This document shows positions 24,056 to 42,552 of a stretch of 64,000 nucleotides of DNA, piece after piece (within the stretch, counting starts at the first letter, position 1; each line of letters opens with the position of its first letter). Location: the NCBI RefSeq assembly GCF_009914755.1, contig NC_060946.1, one strand, 5' to 3'. A program made the position numbers and the translations under genes. The notes below the pieces were generated by a model that saw only the letters and a program-made list of their open reading frames with translations, had not been told where the DNA came from and searched no databases. This DNA is from the human T2T-CHM13v2.0 reference genome, Homo sapiens.

Positions 24056-27000
24056 AAGCATCAGCCTGGGCTCCAGAGTCAGCCACCCACCCCTGCACAG
24101 ACAAGGAGAGGTCTCATTAAGCTTCAGCACAGTCTGGGACCATAGCTTTTTTTGTAACAATTTGTTCGGCATGAGGCCCACTCACAAGGGCCCTTCGTGA
24201 CTGGACTCAAGGAAAACGAAAAGGCCTACTTGTTTTTGCGATTTTCTGTTGTTTTTCAATAACTATTTCTCAGAAACAGTGCTGGATGAATTCCACAAGG
24301 GGTTCACACAACCTGTTCCAGGGCTTAGTGACCATTGTTTCTGTCCATGTTCATTGAGTTCAAATTTAATATTTAACTTTTCCTCCTCATTCAGCCTCAA
24401 TTTGACACTGAATCATAGGAACATATTTTTACAGTTATACGGGGAAGGCACAACTGGTATAGATTACAGATAGAGCAGAGGAGAATTAAAAGCACATTTA
24501 ATAGAAACCACACCCACCATGGCCAACGCCAATGCTAGTTTGACAGCCAGTCCATGATGGGGTCCTGATGGTTAGATTCTAACTGTTTTACTTGTCCTTG
24601 CATGTCTTCGGCAAGGAGAGTAATACTGCGAGAACTGTCAGGGATACACACAACATTCAGAATGCAGCAAGACTCAAACCCCTCCTTGGGCTGCGGTAAA
24701 CATACCTAATGCCATTCGATTTTGCAACACAACAGTACACAGCTGAACAAGTTCTTCTGATAACAACAGAAGTCCAGTGCTACTATCTTAGGAGCTTTTA
24801 CTATATGTAGACTTAATATTTTAATTTGTTGCTGAAGCAGGATTGTACGAGGGGCAAGGGAGAATACTGTGATAGTTTTCCACCACCAGGGAGTCTGGCA
24901 CGTTCATAACCAGCTACCTTTGTAAGCATCTAGATTATTGGGGAAGGGAATATTATCCCGGATGGTGAATGGAATTAATGGCACCCCCAAGTGAATCTCC
25001 CCATCCAATAAGGGGGCAGATAGGCCACCCATAGGGTCTGCATACCCAGAGGGCCCCCCAGGGGACAGCAATGGTTATACTACAATTATAGTGTATTAAG
25101 ATGTTATTAAAGTAGCAAAGGAAGTCCAGGTTGGATTGCAAGTGTTGTTGTTTTGGCCCCATTTGTAGTGACAGAGCCATTCAGAAATATTGGCAAGGAC
25201 AACTCTGCAAGGCAGTCCATTTCCTGTGGTCTCTGGCAATTTGATGCATAGCCAGCATTGACTGCGGTTGGCTTCTGTTGCAGTGGTTGCTGCCCAGTTG
25301 ATGAATTCACTCTCCACCTCAGACATGATGACCCAGGTACTGATTACTAGTAGACAGGTTATTCTCTGTAACAACAAAACTGAAGGGGAACATGATATTG
25401 TTTTTCATTTTTAGGAAATTGTACTACCCTTTTATTTTCTGCTCCCATAGCTACAAGGTCACCAGCCTTAGGGGCCGGATCTGATGGAGGCTGTATCCAT
25501 ATTTTCGCTCCAGGATTTAAGCTACCTATACCAGTGGATCTTAATTTCCCAGTTCTGTATGTAGCCTCTGTTGGGGCAGAGATTTCCTCAGGGGTTAATT
25601 GTTAACAAGGTACCAGGTACCACTGACAATTGAGCAACCTGAATCTGCAGTCTTGTAACAAAAGAATGTGGAGTGGTATTGTGTAAAGTGAACTTTAACT
25701 CTTCCTGGTAATCATTATCAATTATACCACCATACATTATAATGTGTCTCATCGCCAGGCTTGAACGTGTTGTAATCCATTCACCCACATTCAAGTTTGC
25801 ATTTATGCTGGAAATTTTGGCCTGTTGATCTACCTGCTGTTTAGTCTGTCAAGAGAATGCAGAGATGCATGAAAATCAATATGAAAAACAGCAATAATAG
25901 TAATGTGCATCAGGATTCAGGTATCTTCCTAGTATTGTTTTCTTCAAACCTCTTTATTCATTATTCACCATTTGTTTCATTGCCATTCGGGCAACTAGGT
26001 AGTAAGACCATTTTCTGCTGACCAACAGTCGGTATACAAGCAACAAATTGCTCTGGCCTCCTCCTGAATAGTTCGGAGGATGGCTTCTAGTTCAGCCAGC
26101 TGGCTGCTCACACCCCTCCCTTCATCAGAAATGCTTATGTTTTTAACAGGATTATAAGCCACGGCCTCCCAGCATCAGGTCCCATCAATGTATTTGGTGG
26201 AACCATCAGTAACCAAGGGTGTTTCTGATCCTCTGGGCTTAGTTCTTTAAAGGATTTGCCCCATTGGGCAGGGGAGGTTTCCTTCCCTATATGCAGGACT
26301 TGCCCTGTGGTTTCCTGAGTTGGCAAGTTTTGCACATCTTCATGTAAAAATGATACCGCTTTTAGTTCTGGCTTATCCTGGTCTTGTATGTACCATTTCC
26401 ATTTTATGATACTACATTCTTGAGTGTACCCTATCCAATGGGTTTTGAGGGAGCTCATGACCCAAGTCATAATAGGAATTTGGGGCCTCATAAAAACATC
26501 ATGATTAAAACAAAGGTGTTCTGCTTCCTTCAAGCGCAGTAGCAGGCCAACAGCTGCTTCTCAAAGAGTATAAGCTTTGCCAGCCTCTGGCAGCTTCTGG
26601 GTCTAAAACTCCAAAGGTATCTTCTTCCCATCTTGTTTCTACCTAAGGCTCCAATTAACATGTTGATGCAGGACAGTTACTTGCAGTTCTGTTGACTCAT
26701 CCTATAAGGGCCATAGATCCAGGGCCAGTTGCTCAGCTTGTTTTGCTTGTTGAAAAGCCAGGCTGTCTTTCTCTCTCCAGTGATATTCATAGTGTTTTCT
26801 AGTGACTGCATGCAGAGGTTGTAATATGTTACCCAAGTGGGGAATATGATGTCTCCAGAATCCAAACAAGCCAATACAATTTTGGACCTCCTTTTCAGTG
26901 GTAGGGCTGCAAATTCTAGTATTTTAGCATTAGCCTTTGGTAAAATGGACTGTTTCCCTGCAGTCCATAGGATGCCAAGGAACTTTACACTTTGTGCAGG

Positions 27001-27877
27001 CCATTGAATTTTATTAGAGTTAACTTCCCATCCTTGAGATAGGATTTGGGTTTTTACCCTCTTCTGCCCTGAAAACTGACTAGTTATTCAGTTTTACCCT
27101 GACTGGGCAACTCAGACAGCTGCTTTTTCAGCAATAGGCTGATAGCTTTGAGCCTGATCAGTCAAGACAGGCCTGGCATGGTACCAGGGCCAGTCTGGAA
27201 GTCAGATTAAAATTTTCCTTTTCCAGCTTACATTTCTCTTGTAACAACCAGTCCCTATATTGACACTTTAACTTATAAGCAGTAAGCAAGCATCATCAAT
27301 GCTGGGAAATTCCCTCAGCATTACAATTACCAACTGGGACTCCCTGCTGCACCTCACGCACAGCCAGTGATTCAAACAAACTTTATCCCACTTAAATGGC
27401 AATGCAGATATAATAAGCAAATATATAAGCAAGTTGTAATGGGACGGGGAGAAGGGAAAAGATATATATATATATTTAAACTCACCAAACTATGGAGGAT
27501 TCACCACGAGACTGTGAAGCAACAGCCTGGGCTCCAGATTGGCCACTCATCCGTCCACAGACAACGTGAGATCTCATGAAGCTTTGGCGCAGTCTGGAAC
27601 CCCAGCTCTTTTTGTAATGAGTTATTTGGCATGAAGTCCGGTCAGGAAGGCTATTCACAACGGGGCTCAAGGAACACAAAAAGGTCAACTTGTTTTTTTG
27701 ATTGTCTATTGTTTTTCAATAACTAAGATATAGGAATAAATTGAAATAGAGATTTATCTGAAACAGCGCTGGATGAGGGCTTCAAGGGGCTCACACAACC
27801 TGTTCCGGGACTTGGTGACCATTGTTTGAGTCCATGTTCAATTGAGTTCAAATTTAATATTTACCTTTTACTCCAAA
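24056..27877 (-). mobile_element. Defective ERV-L/HERV-S-class provirus (LTR66/HERVL66-like): LTR, pol fragments, dUTPase, env, truncated LTR
   Basis: LTRs at ~27365-27877 and 24056-24389 begin (-) TG.GGAG.AAAAG.TAAATATTAAATTTGAACTC. Pol tether motif CSIIKWKWYIQD (26135-26533). dUTPase motifs RSSLA..GGIIDNDYQEE..VAQL (25588-25794). Env SU ANRSQCWLC (25096-25377) and TM VLQNRMALGMFTAAQGG..SECCVY (~24645-24733). Confidence 0.88.
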
Positions 27878-28014
27878 AAGTGTCAAAAGTAATTCCTTCA
27901 AATGCAGGAAATTATGTAGCTACTCACAAACTAAACTTCTCAAACAAAAGTCATAAATAGAGTACAGAGATAAAAAATAAAATAAAATCTAACTACATCT
28001 GTCTACAGGGGATT

Positions 28015-28150
28015 CAATTTATTTATTTATTTATTTATTTATTTTAGAGACATGGTATTGCTTTGTTTCCCAGGCTGGTCTCAAACTTCTGGGCTCAAGT
28101 TAACCTCCCACCTCAATCTCCTAAAATGCTCGGATGACAGATATGAGCCA
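28015..28150 (-). mobile_element. Alu monomer (FLAM/AluJ left arm)
   Basis: (TTTA)n followed by gagacatgg...caggctggtctcaaacttctgggctcaag...atgagcca. Confidence 0.8.
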
Positions 28151-28756
28151 TCTTACTATATAGTAACAAAAACAGACTAAAAGTGGCAAGATGCATCAAA
28201 ACAATTTTATGCAAATCGTAATGAAATGAAGACAACGTCACGAGCACATTATGCAAAATACTTTTTAAATAACTGTCTTAGTTTATAAAATAAATTATAA
28301 GTTAAAACTGTCAAAGAAAACAAAGGACAAAATAATAAAGAAGTTTATTCACTGGAAACCTAGAAAAATTATATACATTTATATAATATACGTTTATATA
28401 ATTGTGTGTATTTATCTAATTATGTATACAGACACACATATATATGAACCTCACATGAAGATTTTAAAATAAATCAATAATATGTTGTCAGAACATAAAC
28501 AAAAAACTGCAATATACTGAGAACAATATTTTAATACACCAGTTCTGTAATTAATAATAAAGCCAGAGAGAATGTTAAGAAGAAAACAGAGGACATGAAA
28601 ATACTGTAAAACAGTTAGATGTAACAGATGCATAGAGATCACTCAACACAACAACAAAACTCACAGTCTTGTCAAAAGCTCATAAAACATTGTCCTAAAA
28701 ATAAATATAAGGAAAAAAATTTTTTAACAGAATTAAAAAAAATTGAATGTTACAGA

Positions 28757-31712
28757 AAACACTTCAAAAAATCAATCAACCCAGGAGCCGGTTTTTTGAA
28801 AAGATTAACAAAATAGACCACTAGTAAGACAAATAAAGGAGAAAAGAGAGAAGAATCAAAGAGACGCAATAAAAAACGACAAAGGGGATATCACCACGAA
28901 ACCCACAGAAATACAAACTACCATCAGAGAATACTATAAACACCTCTACGGAAATAAAGTGGAAAACCTAGAAGAAATTGATAAGTTCCTGGAAACATCC
29001 ACACCTCCAAGACTAAACGAGGAAGAAGTTGAATCTCTGAGTAGACCAATAGCAGGTTCTGAAATTGAGGCAATAATTAATAGCTTATGCACCAAAAAAA
29101 GTCCATGACCAGACGAATTCACAACTGAATTCTACCAGAGGTACAAAGAGGAGCTGCTACCATCCCTTCTGAAACTATTCGAATCAAGAGAAAAAGAGGG
29201 AATCTTCCTTAACTCATTTTATGAGGTCAGCATCATCCTGATACCAAAGCCTGGCAGAAGCACAACAAAAAAACAATATCCCTGATGAACATCAATGCAA
29301 ACATCCTCAATAAAATGCTGACAAACCAAATCCAGCAGCACATCCAAAAGCTTACCCACCACGATCAATTCAGCTTCATCCCTGGGATGCAAGCCTGGTT
29401 CAACATATGCAAATCAATAAACATAATTCATCACATAAACAGAACCAATGACAAAAATCTCATGACTATCTCAATAGATGCAGAAAAGGCCTTCAACAAA
29501 ACTCAACAGCCTTTCATGATAAAAACTCTAAATAAACTAGGTATTGATGGAACACATCTGAAAATAATAAGAGCTATTTATGACAAACCCACAGCCAATA
29601 TCATGCAGAATGGGCAAAACCTGGAAGCATTCCCTTTGAAAACCAGCACAAGACAACGATGCCCTCTCTCACCACTCCCACTCAACATAGTATTGGAAGT
29701 TCTGGCCAGGGCCATCAGGCAAGAGAAAGAAATAAAGGACATTCGATTAGGAAAAAGAGGAAGCCAAATTGTCTCTGTTTGCAGATGACATGATTGTATA
29801 TTTAGAAAACCCCATTGTCTCAGCCCAAAATCTCCTTAAATCTGATAAGCAACTTCAGCAAAGTCTCAGGATACAAAATAATGTGCAAAAATCACAAGTA
29901 TTTCCATACACCAATAACAGATGAACAGAGAGCCAAATTATGAGTGAACTCCCACTCAACAATTGCTACAAAGAGAATAAAATACCTAGGAATCCAACTT
30001 ACAAGGGATGTGAAGGACATTTTCAAGGAGAACTACAAACCACTGCTCCATGAAATAAAAGCGGACACAAACAAATGGAAGAACATTCCATGCTCCTGGA
30101 AAGGAAGAATCAATATCATGAAAATGACCATGCTGCCCAAGATAACTTACAGATTCAATGCTATCCCCATCAAGCTACCACTGACTTTCTTCACAGAATT
30201 GGAAAAAACTACTTTGAAGTTCACATGGAACCAAAAAACAGCCTGCATAGGCAAGAAAATCCTACACAAAAAGAGAAAAGCTGCAGGTATCACACTACCT
30301 GACTTCAATCTATACTACAGGTCTACAGTAACAAAAACAGCATGGTACTGGTACCAAAACAGATATATAGAGCAATGGAAAAAAACAGAGGCCTCAGAAA
30401 TACCATCACACATCTACAACCATTGGATCTTCGACAAATGTGACAAAAACAAACAATGGGGAAAGGATTCCTTATTTAATAAATGTTGCTGGGAAAAATG
30501 GCGAGCCATATGCAGAAAACTGAAACTGGATTTCTTCCTTACACCCTATACATAAATTGACTCAAGATGGATTAAAGACTTAAATGTAAGACCCAAAACC
30601 ATAAAAACCAAAGAGAAAACCTGGGCAATACCATTCAGGACATAGGCATGGGCAAAGACTTCATGACTAAAACACCAAAAACAATGGCAACAAAAGCCAA
30701 AATAGACAAATGAAATCTAATTAAACTTAAAAGCTTCTACACAGCAAACGAAACTATCATTAGAGTGAACAGGCAACCTACAGAATGGGAGAAAATTTTT
30801 GCAATCTACCCATCTGACAAAGGACTCACATCCAGAATCTACAAAGAATTTAAACAAATTTACAAGAAAAAAACGAGCAATCCCATCAAAAAGTGGGCAA
30901 AGGATATGAACAGACACTTCTCAAAAGAAGACATTTATGTAACCAACAGACATGAAAAATTGCTCATCATCACTGGTCATCAGAGAAATGCAAATGAAAA
31001 CCACAATGAGATACCATCTTATGCTAGTTAGAATGGGGATCATTAAAATGTCAGGAAACAACAGATGCTGGAGAGGACATGGAAAAACAAAAACGCTTTT
31101 ACACTGTGGGTTGGAGTGTAAATTAGTTCAAACACTGTGGAAGACAGTGTGGTAATTCCTCAAGTATCTACAACCAGAAATACCATTTGAACCAGCAATC
31201 CCATTACTGGGTATATATCCAAAGGATTATGAATCATGCTACTATAAAAACACATGCACACGTATGTTTATTGTGGCACTGTTCAGAATAGCAAAGTCTT
31301 GGAACCAACCCAAATGTCCATCAATGATAGACTGGATTAAGAAATTGTGACACATATACCCCATGGAATACTACGCAGCCTTAAAAAAGGATGAGTTCAT
31401 GTCATTTGCAGGGACATGGATGAAGCTGGAAACCATCATTCTCAGCAAACTATCACAAGGACAGAAAAACAAACACTGCATGTTTTCACTCATAGGTAGG
31501 AGTTAAACAATGAGAACATGTGGACACAGGACAGGGAACATCAAACGCTAGTGCCTGTTTGGGGGTGGGGGGCTATGAAAGGGATAGCATTAGGAGAACA
31601 CTTAATGTAAATGTTGAGTTGATGGGTGCAGCAAACCAACATAACACATGTATACCTGTATAACAAACCTGTACGTTCTGCACATGTATCCTAGAACTTA
31701 AAGTATAATAAA
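28757..31712 (+). mobile_element. 5'-truncated primate L1PA (ORF2 RT to 3' UTR), frameshifted
   Basis: ORFs 29285..29788 and 29944..30555 are L1 ORF2 ([37 protein letters not shown]). 3' end cctagaacttaaagtataata. TSD aaaattgaatgttacaga / aaaactgaaggctacaga. Confidence 0.96.
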
Positions 31713-32101
31713 AACTGAAGGCTACAGACTATAATTTCTGACCAAAATGGATTAAAACTAGAAATCAATAACCGAAGAAAATTCATAAAATTCACAAATA
31801 CATGATAATTAAACAATTTATTCTTCAACATGTTTTTGTTCAAGAGTTAAAAATTTAATATTTTGAACGTGTCTATAATGCCCAAAGTGAGCTGCAGATT
31901 TAATACAATCCCTATGAAATTCTTAATATTATTTTTGACAGAAACAGAGAATGTGACTCCCCAAAGTATACGGAATTTCAGGGGACCACATAAAAAAAGT
32001 TGGAAGCATTACAATTCCTGATTTCAAGACATGTTAGAAATCTACAGTAATCAAAATCTTATGTTACTTGCATAAAGACAGACAATTAGACTAATAAAAA
32101 A

Positions 32102-32999
32102 ATCTTTGCCACTGCTGCAGACAGTGCCTGCATCATCCTGCAGACTGACAATGATCATTTTGCTGCTGATGACTTTAAAGTGTGAGACAGACCTGGCCAT
32201 GTGCCAGTTTGTGGAGTGCGACATTACTGATAACACCAGTGTCAGTCAGCCTCTGCTGGAGACAGAGATGGAGGCCCTCAAGGAAGAGCTGCTCTTCATG
32301 AAGAATCATGAGGAGGAAGTTAAAGGTCTATAATACCTGATTTCCAGCTCTTGGTTGACCATGGAGGTAGATGTCCCCAAGTCTCAGGACCTTGGCAAGA
32401 TCATGACAGGCATCTGGGCCCAATATGACGAGATGGCTGAGAACAGCTGAGAGGAGCTGGACAAGTACTGGTCCCAGCAGACTGAGGAGAGCACCAGAGT
32501 AGTCACCATGCAGTCCGCTGAGATCGGAGCTGCTGAGAGGATGCTCAGGGGGTTGAGATGTACAGTCCAGTCCTTGGATATCGAACTGGACTCAATGAGA
32601 TATCTGAAAGTCAGCTTGGAGAACAGCCTAAGGGAGGTAGACGCAGATGGAGCAGCTCAACAGGATCCTGCTGTACCTGGAGTCAGAGCTATCCCAAAAC
32701 CGGGAAGAGAGGTACCACGCCCAAGAGCACGAGGACCTGTGGAACATCAAGGTCGAGCTGGAGGCTGAGATTGCCACTTACTGCCGCCTGCTAGAAGACG
32801 GGGAGGATTTCAATCTCCTGGATGCTCTGGACAGCAGTAAATACCTGCAAGCTATCCAAAAGAACAGCCCCCGCAGGATAGTGGACGGGAAAGTGGTGTC
32901 TGAGACCAAAAATACAGACGTTTTGTTGTGCTAAGCCATCAGAAGCAAGGTCCCTTTGGGGAGCAGGAGGCCAGTAAAAAGTTCAGAGGTAAAAAAAAA
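32102..32999 (+). pseudogene. KRT18P: Keratin 18 processed pseudogene, 5'-truncated
   Basis: LETEMEALKEELLFMKNHEEEVKGL and IKVELEAEIATYCRLLEDGEDFNLLDALDSS...RRIVDGKVVSET match KRT18. Intronless, with 3' UTR and polyA, stops and frameshifts. Confidence 0.96.
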
Positions 33000-33507
33000 T
33001 TAACTTCAAATCACAGAAGTGTTTCCTTCAACACAAAAGTAATATAGATTCATTAATATATAGAAGTGGAAATTAAGACAATTTCCACAACTACTCACCC
33101 AGAGAGGATTAAAAAAATAATTGACCACCAACTAATAAAACAAATACACAAGTCATAAATAAAGTATGAGTAATGTTTATACAGGCAAATGAACAGAGAA
33201 TTATGTTGGCAATAGACGTGTGGTTGATTCATATTTGACTGATTCATATTCAACTGTACACAGTTGAATATAGTCATACAAAATTATAATATATAGGCAG
33301 AATCTAAAAACACAATTAAATAATGTAAGGCAGCCTATCCTAACAAGGAAATACAAGAATATATAATATTAGAAAATAAAATTAAATAAACATTAGCCTG
33401 TGAAATACCGAATAAACAAAGCATGCAACGGAAGAAGACTCTTTCTAGATAACTAGCATGTTCAACCATAACTGGGCTCCCATAAAGAGCAGATTTTGAA
33501 TTCTTAG

Positions 33508-34112
<605 letters not shown>

Positions 34113-36259
34113 TATAATTTATTATTTTTAAAACAAAGAAAAGCCTTACATTTTTACATATGGGAACAACATGAATATTGTAAAATATGCTGTGGAAAAC
34201 TACAATATAATAAGCAATTAGAAATAAATTATACTATCATTCAGATAAATGTTGAGGAAAGTAAATGGAAACACTAATGATAAGTTTTTCTATGCAGTGA
34301 ACTTAGACACAAACTAAAACTTTTCTTAATGTGATGTGCATACCATCCAATTCACTTTTTATATAACACATAAATTCAAGTATGTTTTCTGAAACCCCTG
34401 AAGCTAAAGTTATAGGCTAATTTGACATACGTAAAAACAGGACAGGGAAAACGTACAGATCACAGTCCCACTAAGCTTTATATAAGATTAATTAATAAAA
34501 TAACTCATTAAGAAATAATGTAACAGTTAAGAATTTGTTCTATTCCTGGCATGTTTCTAAGTTTTTCTATGGATTAAGGTCCTTAAAAATTCTTTGAGAT
34601 GAGTAGATACAATAAACTATTCCACAGGTGACATGTTTGGCATAGAGAGTTCACATTTCTAAGTTAGTTTCTACTAAGGGAAAGAAAACTTTTTGACCTA
34701 CATTACCAGAGATGAAAAAAAGAATAAAGTGAAATAGAAGATTCAACTTTATCATATGTGCTGAGGTGCTTTGGGCTCTGATAAATTTTTTTTCTGATTT
34801 TTTTGCAGGAACACATTTGAAATAATAGGACTGAAAATTATGAGGAAGAAACATTTGTCCTTGGTGTTTCTGAAATATGTGAACCAAACCCCAATGCCTG
34901 CACTTTTGCTCTCACAAACTTCTGACATGAGGCACAGATTTTTACAAAACAGCTTAACATAGAAGTCTCACAAAATGTGCAGATTTCCTCAGATCCCAAA
35001 AACAATGGAAAAGCACTCAGACCACAAGAGCTTCATGGGAATAGCAGAAAGAAGAGGCGAACTTTGGCTGTCACTGTGAATGCCCTGGAATGTTAGTGGA
35101 TGAACAGAGAAGCCTTAGAAGATTTAAGAGCATAATAAGCATAGGGTAGGAAATTTCCACCTGTGGCAGCAAAAGAAGTAAATTTAGAATTTTCCAGAAC
35201 CAATTTCTTTGAAGCAGAACTTCCAACACCACATTTTTAAGGTTTTCTCCTTGGCCTTTGCACCTCTCATCTTTGTTATTTGTTCATTCTTCCCTATTGG
35301 GCTGTTGCCTATTATTGTCTCTCTTTTTACATTCCAAAGACATTTCCTTTACTGTAGGACAGGGGCATCCACGGGAGACTACAGCCATGAGTTCTTAGTT
35401 TCTGTTTCTGGTTGAGCCAGTAAGGCCCTTTCCTCATCCCCCTTTTCCACTTATCACTAGACACAGAACCCAAAAACCATTGCTGCAGGCTGCTAAAAAC
35501 CTAAAACAAAACAGAGCCATAACAAAAACAAAACAAGGCGGGTTGGAAAAGCTTGCTGTACGAGGCAACCAGGTCTGGCTTATATTCACCACATCCCTTC
35601 TTCTTTCCCAGAACAGCAATTGGGCTCAAGAGAAAACGTCCAACTTTTAGTATATCCCTCAGTGTAGAATGAGAACAGTGGAACATATGTTGAAAGGTTT
35701 GGCTTTGTGGGCTACCGCTGATGACTAGATTCTGTCTCCCCAAACAGGGAATGCTAAAGGAAATGGCAGAGTAATGAGAATGATAACTTATGACTGCTGA
35801 GAAGAGAAGTTACATGCTTACCACAGCCTCAGAGAAACAAACACTACAATCAACTGCGGAAGCAAAGGACCACAGTGTCTGGAAAACAATGGGAAAAAAT
35901 ATCTTTACCTTAAAAATACACACACAAGCCCAGAGAAGACACATTGAAGACACTGTTAATGAAGTACCAGGATGTACAGCCTCACTGATTGTTGTATTAT
36001 CTTGTAGTAAGCAAGTTTGTACATACTACATTACACAGTTGTTTTATAAATTTCTGAATCTCATCAAAAGATTGCAGGGCATACAGAAAAGGACGAAAAC
36101 ATGTCCCAATTGAAGAAATAAAATAAACCTACAAATATTGATCTTTAAAAATCTTTATTGACTTTTAAAGGTCAAAATTTGTAGGTTTATTCTTTGTTGT
36201 TGTTGTTTTTGCATTATATAATTTTGAAAATCAAAATAATTATCAAAGCTCCTTAATGA

Positions 36260-39182
<2,923 letters not shown>

Positions 39183-40442
39183 AAAACTGCTTAATGAACA
39201 AAAACAGAACATAGACAACAAAAGAATATTAGAAGAAGTGATACATAAAGAAAATGAGATATCAATAAAAAGATTTTTAAAAACCAACAATTGTGAATCT
39301 GAAGAACATAATAGCTATATTAAAAATTTAATCAACAGTCACAAAAGCAGACTAATAAAGGAGAAAAAATTACACAATTGATGACATTGTAGTTATAAAT
39401 ATTGAGTGATGAAAACAAATTTTTTAAGCAGAATGGAGGAAAAAGTATGGGACGCACTGCACATCGTCAAGTGGACCATTATATTTATGAAAGGAGTCTT
39501 ACAAAAACAATATAGGAGAAAAGTAATAAAGAGGTTATTTTTAAAAAGTAGCTGAGAAATCCCCACATGACAAGATAATTAAACAAGAAGAAATACTTCC
39601 AAACAAAAACCTTCAACTGGAGTAATATCACTTCAGAAATAAAAAAACTAAACCTTTCCAAAATAAATAAAAGTTGATTGTGTTACTAACCACTAGAAGA
39701 GTCCTAAAGGAAGTGTAAAAGAGTCTATCACGTCCAAAAATGAAATGATGCTGCAGAGCATCATAACAGCACATGAAAATAGAAAGCTCTCTATTAAAGG
39801 TAAATATATAAACAGGTAAAGAAATCTCTACTGTCATAATCATGGTGCACAAAACTTTCAAAATATTGCCATGGAGTTTAAAACATGAAGCAAAAATCTT
39901 CATAAATTTGTGATCATAGACCATAAGGAAAGATAATATGCGATATTAATAAAACAGTGGGGGTGTGAAGAGGTACAACTTTGCATTCAGTTGAAATATT
40001 GTTGTTATATATTGTCATAACTTTAAGATGATTTATGAAGTCTTTATTTCTCAGGATGATTACCAAAAAAACCTGTAGAATGTATGCAAAGGCAAATGAG
40101 AAAGAAATTCAATCACGTCACTACAAAATCAACAAACAGAAATAAAGCAGTAAGAGAAAAAATGATAAATAACACATCTACAAGAAACACAGAAGACAAT
40201 TACAAATAATAAAGTAACTTCATTAAATGCAGTAATTACTTCAAATATAAAAAGTTAAATACCTTAAAGAAAATTAATAAATAATTTAATGGATTAAGAA
40301 CAAAGAAGATCCAGCAATTTGCTCTCTACAAGAGTCACTTCAGCTCTAAGGACTCAAATAAGTTGAAAGTAACAGTATAAAGAAAATATATTTTATGCAA
40401 AGAGTAGCTAAAATTGGAGGACCATGGTCATAATTATACTAA

Positions 40443-40795
<353 letters not shown>

Positions 40796-40962
40796 GAGAG
40801 AGATTGGTATTATGTAATGGTGAGATGGATTAACTTTCCAGGAATCTATAACAATAATTTAGAAATCATATATACAACTTGAAAAATCTGCAAAAATATA
40901 CCATTGAGATTTTGACAACAATTACATTAAATTTTTGTATTACTATAAATAGCACTGACATC

Positions 40963-41085
40963 TTTCTTTCTTTTTTTTTTTTTAGAGACAGAGTTTCTTT
41001 CTCTCAGGCTGGAGGGCAGTGGCATGATCTCTCGATAGGCTCACTTCAACCTCCTCCTCCCAGGTTCAACTGATTCTCGTCTTTC
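40963..41085 (-). mobile_element. Truncated Alu right arm
   Basis: polyT followed by agagacagagtttc..caggctggagggcagtggcatgatctc. Confidence 0.8.
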
Positions 41086-41477
41086 AAATATGTAAAACAA
41101 ATATTGACAGAAGTCAAGCAAGAAATACATAGCAACACAACAATGGTGGACTTCAAGACTCCACTTTCAGTAATGACTAGAATAGTCAGAAGTAATATCA
41201 GTAAGAAAGCCAAACCTGAACATTATAGACCCAACCAGCATTTACAGAACTCTCCAATTTAAAGGAGCAAAATCTACAATATTCTAAATCACACATGGTA
41301 CGTTCTGTTAGGGTACATGTCTTATTAAATTTAAGAAAACTGAAGCCATACAATGTAAATGAAACTAGAATTCAAAATCAAGAAAATGTGGCCAATATGT
41401 AAATAAGAGGAAATTAAGCAAAATCTTTCATACTGTCTTGCTCAAGGGTCAGGTGATTTAATATTGTTAAGATGTCA

Positions 41478-41776
41478 GGGCCGGCATGAGGCTCATGCCT
41501 GTAATCCTAGGACTTTGGGAGGCCAAAGTGGGTGGATCACTTGAGATCAGAAGTTTGAGACTAGCCTAGTGAATATGGCAAAACCCTATCTCTACTAAAA
41601 ATACAAAAGTTAGCTAGACGTGATGGTGCACGACTGCAATCCCAGCTACTCTGGTGGCTGAGACTGGAGAATTGCTTGAACCTGGGAAGTGGAGCCTGCA
41701 GTGAGCACATCTCGCACCCCTGCCCTTCAGCCTGAGTGACTCACTAAAACTCCATCTCCAAAAAAAAAAAAAAAAA
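41478..41776 (+). mobile_element. Alu (S/J)
   Basis: Full dimer with polyA tail. Confidence 0.93.
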
Positions 41777-42436
41777 TGTTGTCAGTACTACTCATGATGA
41801 TATAAAAATGTAAGGTAATTTTTGTCAAAATCCCAATGGTATTTTTTTTGCAGAATTTTTGTGTATAATTCTAAACGTTGCTTAGAAAAGGTGACTAGCC
41901 AAACACCCTTTAAAAAGAACAAAGAGGTATTACATTTTCTGATTCAAAATCATGATACAAAGCTACAAAAATAAAAACAATGTGGTATTGCCACAAAAAC
42001 AGATACATAGATGACGAAACAGAATAGAGATCCCAGAAATAAACCCTTGCATATGTGATAAAATAATCTTCCATAAGCTTTCCATGACCACACAATAGAA
42101 AAATAAGAATCCATTTAACAAAGAATTTTCCAAATTGAATATTTACAGAGAAAAAAATAAAGTTGGATGCTTCCTTTGTATCATATATAAAAAGAAAAGT
42201 TTTTAAAATGAATTCAATACTTAAACATAAAACCTAATAAAATTCTTAGAAGTAAACATAAGGGAAAAGTTTATGACATAAGTCTTAAAACTCTTTCCTT
42301 AAGTTTGACATCAAATTCATAAGCAACAAGGAAAAGAACAACGACCAAAAAAAAGGACTACATTAAGCTTCAACTATTCTACACATCAAATAAAACATTT
42401 AGTGCCATACAAACGTCACCTAATAAGTGGGTGAAA

Positions 42437-42552
42437 GCTAGGCATGGTGTCTCATGCCTTTAATTCTACAACTTTAGGAGGCCAAGGCAGAACAATCACT
42501 TGAGGCCAAAAGTTTGAGACTAACCATGAAAACACAGCAAGACCCTGTCTTG
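42437..42552 (+). mobile_element. Alu monomer (FLAM-like)
   Basis: gctaggcatggtgtctcatgcc...gcaagaccctgtct. Confidence 0.75.

Noticed and set aside
29285-31155. Reverse-transcriptase-like ORFs as an active retroelement or novel RT system
   Set aside because: Ordinary 5'-truncated, frameshifted L1PA ORF2.
34600-35750. Possible KRAB-ZNF intron/KRAB-B remnant ('YKPDLVA' on the minus strand) and an ERV internal fragment
   Set aside because: Only a 4-residue motif and a vague recalled similarity. No KRAB-A or C2H2 fingers are visible, so it cannot be supported without a search.
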